Assembly (NCBI RefSeq): GCF_000006765.1 | Contig: NC_002516.2 | DNA length: 64,000 nt | Strand: one strand, 5' to 3' | Source: Pseudomonas aeruginosa PAO1 | Lineage (GTDB): Bacteria; Pseudomonadota; Gammaproteobacteria; Pseudomonadales; Pseudomonadaceae | Part shown: positions 19,948 through 31,364 of the stretch, piece by piece | Layout of the letters: every line of letters begins with the position of its first letter | Position numbering within the stretch: the first letter of the stretch is position 1 | The notes under the pieces: generated by a model | What the model was told of the DNA's origin: nothing | What the model saw: only the letters and a program-made list of their open reading frames with translations | Database searches by the model: none | Position numbers and translations under genes: made by a program

Positions 19948-20703
19948 TCAGAGGTAGTTGGCGACGGCTTCGTCGACGAAGCCTTCCTGGCGCATCTGCT
20001 CCAGGGCCTTTTGCAGGCGCTCCACCACCTCGTCCGGAGTGTCCTTGTTCAACGCCAGGTAGAGCTTGGCCTCGTTGAAACGCAGCACCGTCTGCAGGCC
20101 GGACACGCCTTCCTGCTTGGCCAGGTAGCGGCCGACCGGATCGGTGGTGGCCCACAGGTCGATCTGCCCGCCGGTAAGCTTCTTCACGTTTTCCTGGTCG
20201 CGCAGGGCGTTGATCACCGGGATGCCCTGGGCCTCCAGGTGCTGGCTGACCGCGTCGTTCTTGTAGGCGCCGAGCTTGTAGCGGGCGGCGTCCTTGAGAT
20301 TCTTCACGGCGATCTTGCTGCCGGCCGGCGCCAGCAACACCCAACTGGTGTCGGCCAGCGGGCCGACCCATTTGAACTGCGGCACCCGCTCGGGGGTGTA
20401 GGTCATGGAGAACAGCCCGTAGCCGGGCTTGTCCAGGGTCAACCGGTACAGGCGGTCCCAGGGGAAGCGCAGGCTCAGGGAATAGCCGATGCCGGCGCGC
20501 CTGAACATCTCCCGGACGATGTCGGCACTGATGCCGTCGATGCCGTCGTCGCGGGCGAAGTTCTTGTCGTCCACCGCCATGTTGAAGGGCGGGAAGTTCT
20601 CGGTCAGCAGCACCACCTTGTAGTCGGCGGGCAATTCGGCACGGGCCGCGGAGGCCCCCAGCAACACCCCCAGGATCAGGGTCTGGATCAGGACTTTCAG
20701 CAT
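19948..20703 (-). CDS. polar amino-acid-type periplasmic solute-binding protein (paralog 3)
   Basis: Signal peptide; LLTENFPPFNM, RFPWDR, FKWVGPL, GQIDLW. Confidence 0.9.
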   Translation of the reverse strand: MLKVLIQTLILGVLLGASAARAELPADYKVVLLTENFPPFNMAVDDKNFARDDGIDGISADIVREMFRRAGIGYSLSLRFPWDRLYRLTLDKPGYGLFSMTYTPERVPQFKWVGPLADTSWVLLAPAGSKIAVKNLKDAARYKLGAYKNDAVSQHLEAQGIPVINALRDQENVKKLTGGQIDLWATTDPVGRYLAKQEGVSGLQTVLRFNEAKLYLALNKDTPDEVVERLQKALEQMRQEGFVDEAVANYL

Positions 20704-20852
20704 GGTCACACCGCTCGCTTGGTTATCGTTATTGGCTAGCGGCATCCCTGCGTCAGGACGAAATACCTGGCTCGTCGGCCTTCCATGGCATTGCCGGCGG
20801 GGCCGGCAAAGGCGTTTCCCCGCCCGGCCCCCTGTTGGCCGGACGGAGCGAA

Positions 20853-21614
20853 TCAGAGATAGCTGTTGAGGATGTCCTCGACGAAACCTTCCTTGCGCAT
20901 GCCGTCCAGGGCTGCCTGGAGCTTCTGCACCACTTCGTCGGGAGTCTCGCGGTTGAGCGCCAGGTACAGCTGGTCGCTGTTGAAGCGCAGCACCGTCTTC
21001 AGGCCGGTCACGCCTTCCTGCTTGGCCAGGTAGCGCCCGGCGGGATCGCCGCTGGCCCAGAGGTCGATCTGGCCCTTGACCAGCTTCTGCGCGTTTTCCT
21101 GGTCGCGTAGCGCCAGGTCGGCCTCGAAACCGTTCTTGCCGAGGAACTCGGCGATGGCATCGCCCTTGTAGGCGCCGATCCGGTATTTCTTCGCCTCGTC
21201 CAGGCTGCCCAGGGTGATCGGGCTGTCGCCCTTGGCCAGCAGCACCCAGTCGTCCGGGCCGATCGGACCAACCCACTTGAACTTGTCCTCGCGCTCGGCC
21301 AGGCGGGCGGTGACGAACACCCCGTAGCCGGGCTTCTCCAGCGCCAGCTTGTAGATGCGGTCCCAGGGGAAACGCAGGGTCAGGCTGTACTTGATGCCGG
21401 CGCGCTTGAACATCTCGCGGACGATATCCACGGCGATGCCGTCGATGTTGTCTTCCTGGGCGAAGTTCTTGCCGTTGATCGCCATGTTGTACGGCGGGAA
21501 GTTCTCCGTGAGCAGGACCATGCTGTAGTCGGGATCGGTTTCGGCGCGCGCGCCGCCGACCAGCAGCAGGGTTGCGAGCAGCGCGAAGAGCAGGCTTCTT
21601 TGCATTGTTGTCAT
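20853..21614 (-). CDS. polar amino-acid-type periplasmic solute-binding protein (paralog 2)
   Basis: Same motif set as both neighbours. Confidence 0.9.
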   Translation of the reverse strand: MTTMQRSLLFALLATLLLVGGARAETDPDYSMVLLTENFPPYNMAINGKNFAQEDNIDGIAVDIVREMFKRAGIKYSLTLRFPWDRIYKLALEKPGYGVFVTARLAEREDKFKWVGPIGPDDWVLLAKGDSPITLGSLDEAKKYRIGAYKGDAIAEFLGKNGFEADLALRDQENAQKLVKGQIDLWASGDPAGRYLAKQEGVTGLKTVLRFNSDQLYLALNRETPDEVVQKLQAALDGMRKEGFVEDILNSYL

Positions 21615-21695
21615 CCTGTCAGGGGCCTGGAGCGAGGCAGAATAACCAGCGCCGCGCCGCCAGGCCAGCCTTTTGCCAGCATCGCCGGCGAGGCG

Positions 21696-22442
21696 TCAGT
21701 AGCGCTCGCGGATCTGCTTCAACAAGCCTTCGCTGCGCAGCGCGTCGACCGCCGTTTGCAACTTCTGCACCAGCTCGTCCGGGGTGTCCTTGTTCAGCGC
21801 CAGGAACAGCTCGGCGGTATGGAAACGCTGGACCACCTTCACCTCCTTGAGGCCCTCGCGCTGGGCGACGTAGCGCCCGCTCGGATCGGCGGTGACCCAG
21901 AGATCGATCTGCCCACTGGCCAGCTTGTCGACGTTCTCGTTGTCGCGCAGCGCCAGTTGCACCTGCAGGCCGCGGTCGACCAGGTGCTGACTGATGGCGT
22001 CGTTCTTGTAGCCGCCGATCCGGTAGCGCGCGGCGTCTTCCAGGCTGTTCAGGTGGATGCTGCTGTCGCCGCGAGCCATCAGTACCCAGTCGTTGACCGC
22101 CAGCGGGCCGACCCACTTGAACTTGTCCTCGCGCTCCGGCGTACGGGCGGTGGAAAACACGCCATAGCCGGGCTCGCTCAGCGCCTGCTGGTAGACCCGG
22201 TCCCAGGGGAAGCGCAGGATCAGCTGGCACTCGATCTGCGCGCGCTCGCAGGCGGCGCGCACGGTATCGGTGCTGATGCCGCTGATGCCATCGTCCTTGG
22301 CGTAGTTGCCGCCGTTCACCGCCATGTTGAACGGCACCAGGTTCTCGGTCAGCAGGACCAGGGTTTCGGCGCGCGCCAGGGCGCTAGCGCATAGCAGGGC
22401 CAGGCTGCCGACGCAGCCGAGAGCCAGACGGAAGATGGACAT
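21696..22442 (-). CDS. polar amino-acid-type periplasmic solute-binding protein (paralog 1)
   Basis: Same motif set; ATG at 22442. Confidence 0.9.
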   Translation of the reverse strand: MSIFRLALGCVGSLALLCASALARAETLVLLTENLVPFNMAVNGGNYAKDDGISGISTDTVRAACERAQIECQLILRFPWDRVYQQALSEPGYGVFSTARTPEREDKFKWVGPLAVNDWVLMARGDSSIHLNSLEDAARYRIGGYKNDAISQHLVDRGLQVQLALRDNENVDKLASGQIDLWVTADPSGRYVAQREGLKEVKVVQRFHTAELFLALNKDTPDELVQKLQTAVDALRSEGLLKQIRERY

Positions 22443-22613
22443 GGAGGACTCCCTGTCGGTCGCAATGTTTGTCGTTATGGCAGGGCATCGGCGCTCTAGC
22501 GGCACCTGATGCGGGGGGCGTGACTGTACCTGAAAGAAAGCCGCGCGAGTGTCGACTCGCGCTCAGGAATGGCTAGCCGATCACCGGCCCTGTGCGCTGC
22601 GGCGCAACGCGCC

Positions 22614-23384
22614 TCAGCGCACCACGATACCGCGGCTGGCCAGGTAGGCCTTGGCTTCCGGCACGGTGTACTCGCCGAAGTGGAAGATGCTCGCCGCGAG
22701 CACCGCGTCGGCCTTGCCCTCGAGGATGCCGGCGGCCAGGTGCTCCAGGTTGCCGACGCCGCCGGAAGCGATCACCGGCACGTTCACCGCCTCGCTGATG
22801 GCGCGGGTCACGCCCAGGTCGTAACCGCTCTTCACGCCGTCCTGGTCCATGCTGGTCAGGAGAATCTCGCCAGCGCCCAAGTCTTCCATCTTCTTCGCCC
22901 AGAGCACGGCATCCAGCCCGGTGGGCTTGCGCCCGCCATGGGTGAAGATTTCCCAGCGCGGCGCCTCGCCCGGGGCGGAAACCTTCTTCGCGTCGATGGC
23001 GACCACGATGCACTGCGAGCCGAAGCGGTCGGCGGCCTCACCGACGAACTCGGGGTTGAACACCGCGGCGGTGTTGATCGAGACCTTGTCCGCGCCGGCA
23101 TTCAACAGGTTGCGGATGTCCTGCACGCTGCGTACGCCGCCGCCCACGGTCAGCGGAATGAACACCTGGCTAGCCATGCGCTCGACGGTATGCAGGGTGG
23201 TGTCGCGCCCGTCGACGCTGGCGGTGATATCGAGGAAGGTGATCTCGTCGGCACCCTGCTCGTCGTAGCGGCGAGCGATCTCGACCGGGTCGCCGGCGTC
23301 GCGGATGTTCTCGAACTTGACGCCCTTGACCACTCGGCCGTTGTCCACGTCGAGGCAGGGGATGATGCGTTTTGCCAGTGCCAT
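22614..23384 (-). CDS. hisF: imidazole glycerol phosphate synthase cyclase subunit
   Basis: [27 protein letters not shown]. Confidence 0.98.
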   Translation of the reverse strand: MALAKRIIPCLDVDNGRVVKGVKFENIRDAGDPVEIARRYDEQGADEITFLDITASVDGRDTTLHTVERMASQVFIPLTVGGGVRSVQDIRNLLNAGADKVSINTAAVFNPEFVGEAADRFGSQCIVVAIDAKKVSAPGEAPRWEIFTHGGRKPTGLDAVLWAKKMEDLGAGEILLTSMDQDGVKSGYDLGVTRAISEAVNVPVIASGGVGNLEHLAAGILEGKADAVLAASIFHFGEYTVPEAKAYLASRGIVVR

Positions 23385-23394
23385 GCGGTTCGCC

Positions 23395-24132
23395 TCAGGC
23401 CTTGAAGTTGTCGCACAGCGCCTGGGCTTCGGCCACGTCCAGGGTGCCTTCGTAGATCGCCCGGCCGGTGATGGCGCCGATGATCCCCGGGGTGCGGGCG
23501 TCCAGCAGCTTCTGGATGTCGCCGAGATTGTGGATGCCGCCGGAGGCGATCACCGGGATCCGCGTGGCATTGGCCAGCGCGGCGGTAGCCTCGACGTTGC
23601 AGCCCTGCATCATGCCGTCCTTGGAAATATCCGTGTAGACGATGGCGGACACCCCGTCGGCCTCGAAGCGACGAGCCAGGTCGATCACCTGGACTTCGCT
23701 GACCTCGGCCCAGCCGTCGGTGGCGACGAAACCGTCCTTGGCATCCAGGCCGACGATGACCTTGCCCGGGAAGGCGCGGCAGGCCTCGCCGACGAACTCA
23801 GGCTGCTTGACCGCCTTGGTGCCGATGATGACGTAGCTGACGCCGGCGCGAACGTAATGCTCGATGGTTTCCAGCGAGCGGATGCCGCCGCCGATCTGGA
23901 TCGGCAGGTCCGGGTAGCGACGGGCGATGGCGGTGACCACCTCGCCGTTGACCGGCTTGCCTTCGAAAGCGCCGTTCAGGTCCACCAGGTGCAGGCGGCG
24001 GCAACCGCCATCGACCCATTTGGCGGCCATCGCCACCGGATCGTCGGAGAAGACCGTGGCGTCTTCCATCAGGCCCTGGCGCAGACGCACGCAGGCGCCG
24101 TCTTTCAAGTCGATCGCGGGAATGATCAGCAT
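23395..24132 (-). CDS. hisA: ProFAR isomerase
   Basis: [32 protein letters not shown]. Confidence 0.98.
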   Translation of the reverse strand: MLIIPAIDLKDGACVRLRQGLMEDATVFSDDPVAMAAKWVDGGCRRLHLVDLNGAFEGKPVNGEVVTAIARRYPDLPIQIGGGIRSLETIEHYVRAGVSYVIIGTKAVKQPEFVGEACRAFPGKVIVGLDAKDGFVATDGWAEVSEVQVIDLARRFEADGVSAIVYTDISKDGMMQGCNVEATAALANATRIPVIASGGIHNLGDIQKLLDARTPGIIGAITGRAIYEGTLDVAEAQALCDNFKA

Positions 24133-24180
24133 CGGTGAACCCTGTTCAAGTCTGTATTCGGTGGACAGGCGCGCGGAAAC

Positions 24181-24441
24181 TCAACTCTTTTCCAGCGCCC
24201 AGACATCGCTCTCGATGCTTTCGAACCGTTCCTTCAGGTACGACTGCACGTCGAGGATGGCCTTGTTGTAGAAGTACGGGGCGAACTCGCGGGCGAAGAA
24301 ATCGAGCAGTTCCTCGGCTTCGAAGGAACCCAGCTCCAGTTCGAAGCGGTCCTCCATGAAGCGCTTGATCGCCAGTACCGCGTCCTGAGTCTGCGCGGCG
24401 TCCAGCTGGAGGATCGGCGTATTGCTCTTCGCCCTGGCCAT
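24181..24441 (-). CDS. DUF2164-family small protein
   Basis: 86 aa; ELGSFEAEELLDFF..YFYNKAILD; embedded between hisH and hisA. Confidence 0.85.
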   Translation of the reverse strand: MARAKSNTPILQLDAAQTQDAVLAIKRFMEDRFELELGSFEAEELLDFFAREFAPYFYNKAILDVQSYLKERFESIESDVWALEKS

Positions 24442-24444
24442 GAC

Positions 24445-25083
24445 CTACCAGCGCCCGTCCCAGGCCACGAAGTTCTGCAGCAGTTGCAGGCCGTGGGTAT
24501 GGCTCTTTTCCGGGTGGAACTGCACGGCGAAACGCGAGCCTTCGGCCAGCGCGGCGGCGAAATCGACGCCGTAGTGCCCGTGCCCCACCACCTGGCGCGG
24601 GTTACCGGCCTCGATGTAATAGCTGTGCACGAAGTAGAAGCGCGCCTGGTCGGGAATCTCGTGCCACAACGGGTGCTCCACCGCCTGGCTCACCTGGTTC
24701 CAGCCCATGTGCGGCACCTTCAGGTGCTCGCCGGCTTCGTGCAGGTCCTTGCCGAAGAAGCGCACCTGGCCGGGGAACAGACCGATGCAGTCGACCCCGT
24801 CGTTCTCCTCGCTGCGCTCCAGCAATGCCTGCATGCCGACGCAGATGCCGAGGAACGGGCGGTCCTGGCTGACCTCGCGGACCAGGGCGTCGAAGCCCAG
24901 GCGGCGGATCTCGGCCATGCAGTCGCGGATCGCGCCAACCCCGGGGAACACCACCCGGTCGGCCTCGCGGATCACCGCCGCGTCGCTGCTAACCAGCACC
25001 CGGCCGGCACCGACGTGCTCAAGGGCCTTGGCCACCGAGTGCAGGTTGCCCATGCCGTAGTCGATCACGGCTACCGTCTGCAT
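24445..25083 (-). CDS. hisH: imidazole glycerol phosphate synthase glutaminase subunit
   Basis: [25 protein letters not shown]; start overlaps the hisB stop (alternative GTG 25086). Confidence 0.97.
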   Translation of the reverse strand: MQTVAVIDYGMGNLHSVAKALEHVGAGRVLVSSDAAVIREADRVVFPGVGAIRDCMAEIRRLGFDALVREVSQDRPFLGICVGMQALLERSEENDGVDCIGLFPGQVRFFGKDLHEAGEHLKVPHMGWNQVSQAVEHPLWHEIPDQARFYFVHSYYIEAGNPRQVVGHGHYGVDFAAALAEGSRFAVQFHPEKSHTHGLQLLQNFVAWDGRW

Positions 25084-25676
25084 CACAGGCACCCTTTGGT
25101 CGACGGCATCTGCCCGGCCATCCGCTCGTCCAGCTCGATGGCCATGCGCAGCGCGCGGCCGAAGGCCTTGAACACGGTCTCGATCTGGTGGTGGGTGTTG
25201 TGCCCGCGCAGGTTGTCGATGTGCAGGGTCACCTGGGCGTGGTTGACGAAGCCCTGGAAGAATTCCATGAACAGGTCGACGTCGAAGCCGCCGACGCTGG
25301 CACGGGTAAAGGGAACGTGCATCTGCAGGCCGGGCCGCCCGGAGAAGTCGATGACCACCCGCGACAGCGCCTCGTCGAGGGGCACGTAGGCGTGGCCGTA
25401 GCGGCGGATGCCCTTCTTGTCGCCGATGGCCTTGGCGAAGGCCTGGCCGAGGGTGATGCCGATGTCCTCGACGGTGTGGTGATCGTCGATATGCAGGTCG
25501 CCCTTGCACTCGATGTCCAGGTCGATCAGGCCGTGGCGGGCGATCTGGTCCATCATGTGGTCAAGGAAGGGAACCCCGGTATCGAACCGGGCCTTGCCGG
25601 TCCCATCCAGGTCGATGGAGACCTTGATCTGGGTCTCCAGGGTGTCGCGCGCGACGGATGCCTTGCGTTCGGCCAT
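25083..25676 (-). CDS. hisB: imidazoleglycerol-phosphate dehydratase
   Basis: [27 protein letters not shown]. Confidence 0.98.
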   Translation of the reverse strand: MAERKASVARDTLETQIKVSIDLDGTGKARFDTGVPFLDHMMDQIARHGLIDLDIECKGDLHIDDHHTVEDIGITLGQAFAKAIGDKKGIRRYGHAYVPLDEALSRVVIDFSGRPGLQMHVPFTRASVGGFDVDLFMEFFQGFVNHAQVTLHIDNLRGHNTHHQIETVFKAFGRALRMAIELDERMAGQMPSTKGCL

Positions 25677-25836
25677 CACCAGCTCCACAGCTAACACTGC
25701 ACGTAATTATAAGAGGGCCAGCATTATAGGCAGGCCCGGGCTGGCGCTGCCAGCCGCGACCGTCGGCGCGAATCGCCCCACGGGCGGCGGGCCAGGCCTT
25801 ACACTGCGCTCCTTTCTTCCCGCCGCGGAGAGCCGC

Positions 25837-26235
25837 ATGCCCGTGATCGTCGAAACCCTCGCCCAACCCAGCGCCCAGGATCGCCTGGACCTGGCGAAGA
25901 TCTACGCCGACGCGCCGGACTGGCTGTTCGCCCCGCATGCCGACGGCGCGGCGCTGGTCGCGGCCGGGCTGGCCGCCGGCGAGCTGATCGCCGGGCGCTT
26001 CAACGACCGCCTGCTGGGTGCCGCCCTGCTGCGGCGCGGCGACGACGCCTGGCAGCTGTCGCACCTTTGCGTGCGCGGCATCACCCGCGGCCGCGGGGTC
26101 GGCCGACGCCTCCTCGACGAGGCCCGGCGCCTGGCTGCCGAAGCCGGCAAGCCGCTGCGCCTGGTCGCCCCGGACGGGCACCTGGAGGCCCGTGCCCTCG
26201 CGGCACGCCACGGGCTGCCGCTGGACAGCCTCTGA
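25837..26235 (+). CDS. GNAT-fold acetyl-CoA sensor, PanZ/PanM family
   Basis: 132 aa; RLDLAKIY, RFNDRLLGA, LCVRGITRGRGVG. Confidence 0.8.
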   Translation: MPVIVETLAQPSAQDRLDLAKIYADAPDWLFAPHADGAALVAAGLAAGELIAGRFNDRLLGAALLRRGDDAWQLSHLCVRGITRGRGVGRRLLDEARRLAAEAGKPLRLVAPDGHLEARALAARHGLPLDSL

Positions 26236-26271
26236 TATGCTCGGTGGCGGTCCCCGCCACGGAGCTTCGCC

Positions 26272-26508
26272 ATGTCCTTTTCCTCCGCCGAACGCGCCGC
26301 CCTGCTTGCCCTCAAGGGGGTCGGCCCGACCGTGCTGCAACGCCTGGAGCAGATGGGCCTGGACAGCTTCGTCCGGCTGCGCGACTGCGACGCCGCGAGT
26401 ATCCTCGCCCAGGGCGCGGCCCTGACCGGCTCCAGTTGCTGGAAGAACAGCCCGCAGGCGCGGGCAGCGATCGTCGCCGTGCTGCAGCGCGCAGCCAGCG
26501 ACGCATGA
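26272..26508 (+). CDS. small helix-hairpin-helix domain protein
   Basis: 78 aa; LLALKGVGPTVLQRLEQMG HhH motif; GGAG RBS; ATGA overlap with the next gene. Confidence 0.75.
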   Translation: MSFSSAERAALLALKGVGPTVLQRLEQMGLDSFVRLRDCDAASILAQGAALTGSSCWKNSPQARAAIVAVLQRAASDA

Positions 26509-27611
26509 ACGACGTCGACGTACTGGTAGTCGGCGCCGGCGCCCTCGGCCTGGCCTGCGCCGCGCGCCTGGCCGAAGCCGGCCACGGCGTACTGGTGGCG
26601 GAGCGCGAACGGCTGGTCGGTAGCCACACCTCCAGTCGCAATTCCGAAGTGATCCACGCCGGCCTCTACTACCCGCCCGGCTCGCTCAAGGCCGATCTCT
26701 GCCTGGAAGGCCGCGAACGCCTGTACGCCTGGTGCGCCCGCCACGGCGTCGGCCACCGGCGCATCGGCAAGCTGCTGGTGGCGGTGGAGGAAAACGAGCG
26801 CGAGAGGCTCCAGGCCCTGGCGGCCAACGCACGCGCCTGCGGGGTCGACGACCTGATGCCGCTGGACGGCACCACGCTGCGCGCGCTGGAGCCCCAGGTC
26901 CGCGGGGTCGCCGCCCTGCTCTCGCCGAGCACGGGAATCATCGACAGCCACGCCTACCTGCAATCGCTGCAGGCCGTCGCCGAACGCCACGGCGCACAAC
27001 TGGCGCTGGACACCCGGGTCGACCGCCTGGAGCGCCACGCCGGCGGCTGGCGCGCCGAAGGACAGAGCGTCGGCGAAGCGTTCCGGTTGCGCGCGGGCTG
27101 GGTGGTCAATGCCGGCGGCCTGTTCGCCCAGGCGCTGGCGCAACGCACCGAAGGCCTCGATCCGCGCCTGGTGCCGGCGCTGCACCTGTGCCAGGGGCGC
27201 TATTTCTCCTACAGCGGCCGCTCGCCGTTCCGCCACCTGGTCTACCCGATGCCCGAGGCGCGCACCGCCGGGCTCGGCATCCACGCCACCCTCGACCTCG
27301 GCGGCCAGTTGCGCTTCGGTCCCGACGTGAATTACGTGGACAACCTCGACTACCGCGTCGACGAATCCCTCCGCCCCGCCTTCGCCCAGGTCATCTCGCG
27401 CTACTTCCCCGGCATCGATCCTCGGCGCCTGGCCGCCGGCTACGCCGGCATCCGGCCCAAGCTCGGCGGGCCGGGGGAACCCGCCGCCGACTTCATCATC
27501 CAAACCCCTGCCGAACACGGCCTGCCCGGCCTGGTCAACCTGTTCGGCATCGAGTCGCCCGGCCTCACCGCCAGCCTGGCGCTCGCCGAACGGGTCGCTC
27601 GCGCACTCTGA
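26505..27611 (+). CDS. FAD-dependent oxidoreductase, L-2-hydroxyglutarate oxidase-like
   Basis: GAGALG, HTSSRNSEVIHAGLYY, GIHATLDL, GIESPGLTAS. Confidence 0.88.
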   Translation: MNDVDVLVVGAGALGLACAARLAEAGHGVLVAERERLVGSHTSSRNSEVIHAGLYYPPGSLKADLCLEGRERLYAWCARHGVGHRRIGKLLVAVEENERERLQALAANARACGVDDLMPLDGTTLRALEPQVRGVAALLSPSTGIIDSHAYLQSLQAVAERHGAQLALDTRVDRLERHAGGWRAEGQSVGEAFRLRAGWVVNAGGLFAQALAQRTEGLDPRLVPALHLCQGRYFSYSGRSPFRHLVYPMPEARTAGLGIHATLDLGGQLRFGPDVNYVDNLDYRVDESLRPAFAQVISRYFPGIDPRRLAAGYAGIRPKLGGPGEPAADFIIQTPAEHGLPGLVNLFGIESPGLTASLALAERVARAL

Positions 27612-27704
27612 GACGAGGTTTCGCCGCGCGCAGGGTCGGCCTGGCAAAACGGCGTTGTTATACTCGCCCGCACATTCACCGCTGCCAGTACAAAGGATTC
27701 GTCC

Positions 27705-29957
27705 ATGAAAGCATTCGGCAAGGTCCTGGGGCTGTTCTTCCTGGGACTCTTACTGCTCGTCGTGGCCCTGGGCTTCGCCCTGACCCACCTGTTCGATCCC
27801 AATGACTACAAGGACGAAATCCGCCAGATCGCCCGCGACAAGGCCAACCTGGAGCTGGACCTGAAGGGCGACATCGGCTGGAGCCTGTTCCCCTGGCTGG
27901 GCCTGGAGCTGCACGACACCAGCATCGCCAGCGCCGCCACGCCGACCAAGCCGTTCGCCGACTTGCAGATGCTCGGCCTGTCGGTGCGGGTCCTGCCGCT
28001 GCTGCGCAAGGACGTGCAGATGAGCGCGATCCGCGTCGAAGGCCTGAGCCTGGACCTGGTCCGCGACAAGCAGGGCAAGGGCAACTGGGAAAACATCGGC
28101 AAGCCGGCCCAGCCCCAGGCCCCGGCCGCTCCTTCCGAGACCCCGCCGGCAGCGGACGGCAAGGGCGCCCAGGCGCAGGCACCGGAGCAGGCGCCGCAGA
28201 ACGACAGCCCGCGCACCCCGATCAAGCTCGACATCGACAGCCTCAATGTCAACAACGCCCGCGTCACCTACACCGACGAAGCCAGCGGCAAGCAGTACAA
28301 CGTCGAGGGCATCGAGCTGAGCACCGGCGCCATTCGCGAAGGCAGCAGCATTCCGCTGAAGCTCAACGCCTACCTCGGCACCAACCAGCCGGTGGTACGG
28401 GTCAAGACCGAGCTGACCGGCAACCTGCGCTTCGACACCGCGCTCAGGCGCTACCAACTGGAAGACGCCAGGCTCTCCGGCGAAGCCTCGGGCGAGCCGC
28501 TGCAAGGCAAGACCGCCACCTTCTCCGCCCAGGGCCAGTTGCTGCTCGACCAGTCGGCGCAGATCGCCGAGTGGAACGGCCTGAAGCTGAGCGTCAACCA
28601 GTTGCGCGCCCTCGGCGAACTGAAGGCCCGCGAGCTGGACAAGGACACCAAGTTCAGCGGCGGCCTGTCGATCGCGCCGATGAACCTGCGCGAGTTCCTC
28701 GCCGGCATCGGTGTGACCCTGCCGGCCATGGCCGATGCCAACACCCTCGGCAAGTTCGAGCTGAACACCCGCCTGGCCGGCAGCCGCAACAGCCTGAATC
28801 TCGAAGACCTCAAGCTGGGTCTGGACGACACCGCCTTCAGCGGCCGCTTCGGCATCGCCGATTTCGCCAGGCAATCGCTGCGCGCCCAGCTCAAGGGCGA
28901 CAAGCTCGACCTCGACCGCTACCTGCCGGCCAAGGCCAAGCAAGCCCAGGATGCCGCCAGCGCCACGCGCAAGGCGGAAGTCGACGCCACCGTGGCCAGT
29001 GCCGCCCAGGGCAACACGCCGCTACCGGAAAAACCGACCAGGCAGGCCTGGAGCGACGCGCCGCTGCTGCCCATCGCGACCCTGCGCAAGCTCGACCTGG
29101 ACGTGGCGCTGAACTTCGGCCGGCTGACCGTCGAGAAGCTGCCGATCGACGACGCCAGCCTGAAGCTGCGCGGCCAGGGCGGCGTGATCAGCCTCGACGA
29201 CATGCGCGGCGGGCTGTACAACGGCCGCTTCAACGCCAAGGCCAACCTCGATGTACGCCAGGACAGCGCCGTGCTGACCGCCACCAAGCACATCGCCAAC
29301 GTACCGGTGGAGCGCCTGCTCGAAGCCCAGGGCAAGAAACCGCCGGTGAAGGGGCTGCTCGACCTCGATGCCGACATCCGCACCAGCGGCAACAGCGAGA
29401 AATCCTGGATCGACCATCTCAACGGCAACGCACGCTTCAGCCTGATCAACGGCGTGCTGCCCGACGCCAACCTGGAGCAACAGCTCTGCCAGGGCATCGC
29501 TACCCTCAACCGCAAGGCCCTTGCCGGTACTCACGGCGGCAAGGACACGCCTTTCCGCGAGCTCAAGGGCAGCCTGAACTTCACCAACGGCGTGGCCAGC
29601 AACCCTGACCTGAAAGTGGCCATTCCCGGCCTGGCGGTCAGCGGCCACGGCGATATCGACCTGCGCGTGCTGGGCATGGACTATCGCATCGGCGTGGAGA
29701 TCCAGGGCGACAAGAGCGACATGCCGGACCCGGCCTGCCAGGTCAACCAGCGCTACGCCGGCATCGAATGGCCGCTGCTCTGCCGCGGCCCGCTGGAACT
29801 CGGCGCCAAGGCCTGCCGCCTGGACAAGGAAGGCATGGGCAAGGTCGCCGCGAAACTGGCCGGCAATCGCCTCAACGAAAAACTCGAAGAGAAGCTCGGC
29901 GACAAGGTCAGTCCGGAGCTGAAAGACGCACTCAAAGGGCTGTTCAACCGCAAATGA
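27705..29957 (+). CDS. AsmA-family envelope protein
   Basis: 750 aa; N-terminal [24 protein letters not shown]-terminal NGVASNPDL. Confidence 0.92.
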   Translation: MKAFGKVLGLFFLGLLLLVVALGFALTHLFDPNDYKDEIRQIARDKANLELDLKGDIGWSLFPWLGLELHDTSIASAATPTKPFADLQMLGLSVRVLPLLRKDVQMSAIRVEGLSLDLVRDKQGKGNWENIGKPAQPQAPAAPSETPPAADGKGAQAQAPEQAPQNDSPRTPIKLDIDSLNVNNARVTYTDEASGKQYNVEGIELSTGAIREGSSIPLKLNAYLGTNQPVVRVKTELTGNLRFDTALRRYQLEDARLSGEASGEPLQGKTATFSAQGQLLLDQSAQIAEWNGLKLSVNQLRALGELKARELDKDTKFSGGLSIAPMNLREFLAGIGVTLPAMADANTLGKFELNTRLAGSRNSLNLEDLKLGLDDTAFSGRFGIADFARQSLRAQLKGDKLDLDRYLPAKAKQAQDAASATRKAEVDATVASAAQGNTPLPEKPTRQAWSDAPLLPIATLRKLDLDVALNFGRLTVEKLPIDDASLKLRGQGGVISLDDMRGGLYNGRFNAKANLDVRQDSAVLTATKHIANVPVERLLEAQGKKPPVKGLLDLDADIRTSGNSEKSWIDHLNGNARFSLINGVLPDANLEQQLCQGIATLNRKALAGTHGGKDTPFRELKGSLNFTNGVASNPDLKVAIPGLAVSGHGDIDLRVLGMDYRIGVEIQGDKSDMPDPACQVNQRYAGIEWPLLCRGPLELGAKACRLDKEGMGKVAAKLAGNRLNEKLEEKLGDKVSPELKDALKGLFNRK

Positions 29958-31021
29958 CACCTGAAGGCTTCAACGGCGCGGTCCTCGACTGGTACGACCG
30001 TCACGGTCGCAAGGATCTGCCCTGGCAGCAGGGCATCACCCCCTACCGGGTGTGGGTCTCGGAAATCATGCTGCAGCAGACCCAGGTCAGCACCGTGCTC
30101 GGTTACTTCGACCGTTTCATGGCAGCGTTGCCCGACGTCGAGGCACTGGCCGCGGCGGCCGAGGACGAAGTCCTGCACCTGTGGACCGGGCTCGGCTACT
30201 ACAGCCGTGCGCGCAACCTGCACAAGACCGCGCAGATCGTGGTCGAGCGGCATGCGGGGGAGTTCCCCCGCGACGTCGAGCAACTCGCCGAACTGCCCGG
30301 CATCGGCCGCTCCACCGCTGGAGCCATCGCCAGCCTGTCGATGGGCCTGCGCGCACCGATCCTCGACGGCAACGTCAAGCGCGTACTGGCGCGCTACCTG
30401 GCGCAGGACGGCTATCCCGGCGAACCGAAGGTGGCCAGGGCGCTGTGGGAAGCCGCCGAACGCTTCACCCCGCACGCACGGGTCAACCACTACACCCAGG
30501 CGATGATGGACCTCGGCGCCACCCTCTGCACGCGCAGCAAGCCCAGTTGCCTGCTTTGCCCGCTGGTCTCGGGCTGCCGCGCGCACCTGCTCGGCCGCGA
30601 AGCCGATTATCCGCAGCCCAAGCCGCGCAAGGCGTTGCCACAGAAGCGCACGCTGATGCCGATCCTGGCCAACCGCGACGGCGCCATACTGCTCTACCGG
30701 CGGCCTTCCAGCGGACTCTGGGGCGGGCTCTGGAGCCTCCCCGAACTGGACGACCTCGACGGCCTCGAACCGCTCGCCGCGCGCCATTCCCTGGCCCTCG
30801 GCGAGCGCCGCGAACTGAGCGGCCTGACCCATACCTTCAGTCATTTCCAGCTCGCCATCGAGCCCTGGCTGGTGGCGGTGGAAGGCGCTCCGCGCGCCGT
30901 GGCCGAGGGCGACTGGCTCTGGTATAACCTCGCCACCCCGCCGCGCCTGGGCCTCGCCGCTCCGGTGAAGAAGCTGCTCAAGCGCGCAGAACAGGAACTC
31001 GGACGCGGCACGGCCGCGTGA
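29954..31021 (+). CDS. mutY: A/G-specific adenine DNA glycosylase
   Basis: [27 protein letters not shown], Fe-S motif [17 protein letters not shown]. Confidence 0.98.
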   Translation: MTPEGFNGAVLDWYDRHGRKDLPWQQGITPYRVWVSEIMLQQTQVSTVLGYFDRFMAALPDVEALAAAAEDEVLHLWTGLGYYSRARNLHKTAQIVVERHAGEFPRDVEQLAELPGIGRSTAGAIASLSMGLRAPILDGNVKRVLARYLAQDGYPGEPKVARALWEAAERFTPHARVNHYTQAMMDLGATLCTRSKPSCLLCPLVSGCRAHLLGREADYPQPKPRKALPQKRTLMPILANRDGAILLYRRPSSGLWGGLWSLPELDDLDGLEPLAARHSLALGERRELSGLTHTFSHFQLAIEPWLVAVEGAPRAVAEGDWLWYNLATPPRLGLAAPVKKLLKRAEQELGRGTAA

Positions 31022-31064
31022 ATGCCGGGCCCGCGGGCCCGGCGGCAACTGCAGGAGAACGACC

Positions 31065-31337
31065 ATGAGCCGCACCGTGATGTGCCGCAAGTACCACGAA
31101 GAGCTGCCCGGCCTCGACCGCCCGCCGTATCCTGGCGCGAAGGGCGAGGACATCTACAACAACGTGTCGCGCAAGGCCTGGGACGAGTGGCAGAAGCACC
31201 AGACCATGCTGATCAACGAGCGTCGCCTGAACATGATGAACGCCGAGGACCGCAAGTTCCTCCAGCAGGAGATGGACAAGTTCCTCTCCGGCGAGGACTA
31301 CGCCAAGGCCGACGGCTACGTGCCGCCATCCGCCTGA
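31065..31337 (+). CDS. yggX: Fe(II)-trafficking / oxidative-damage protection protein
   Basis: [21 protein letters not shown]; usual mutY-yggX synteny. Confidence 0.95.
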   Translation: MSRTVMCRKYHEELPGLDRPPYPGAKGEDIYNNVSRKAWDEWQKHQTMLINERRLNMMNAEDRKFLQQEMDKFLSGEDYAKADGYVPPSA

Positions 31338-31364
31338 CCCCCACCCCGCCCGACGGAGGCCGCC

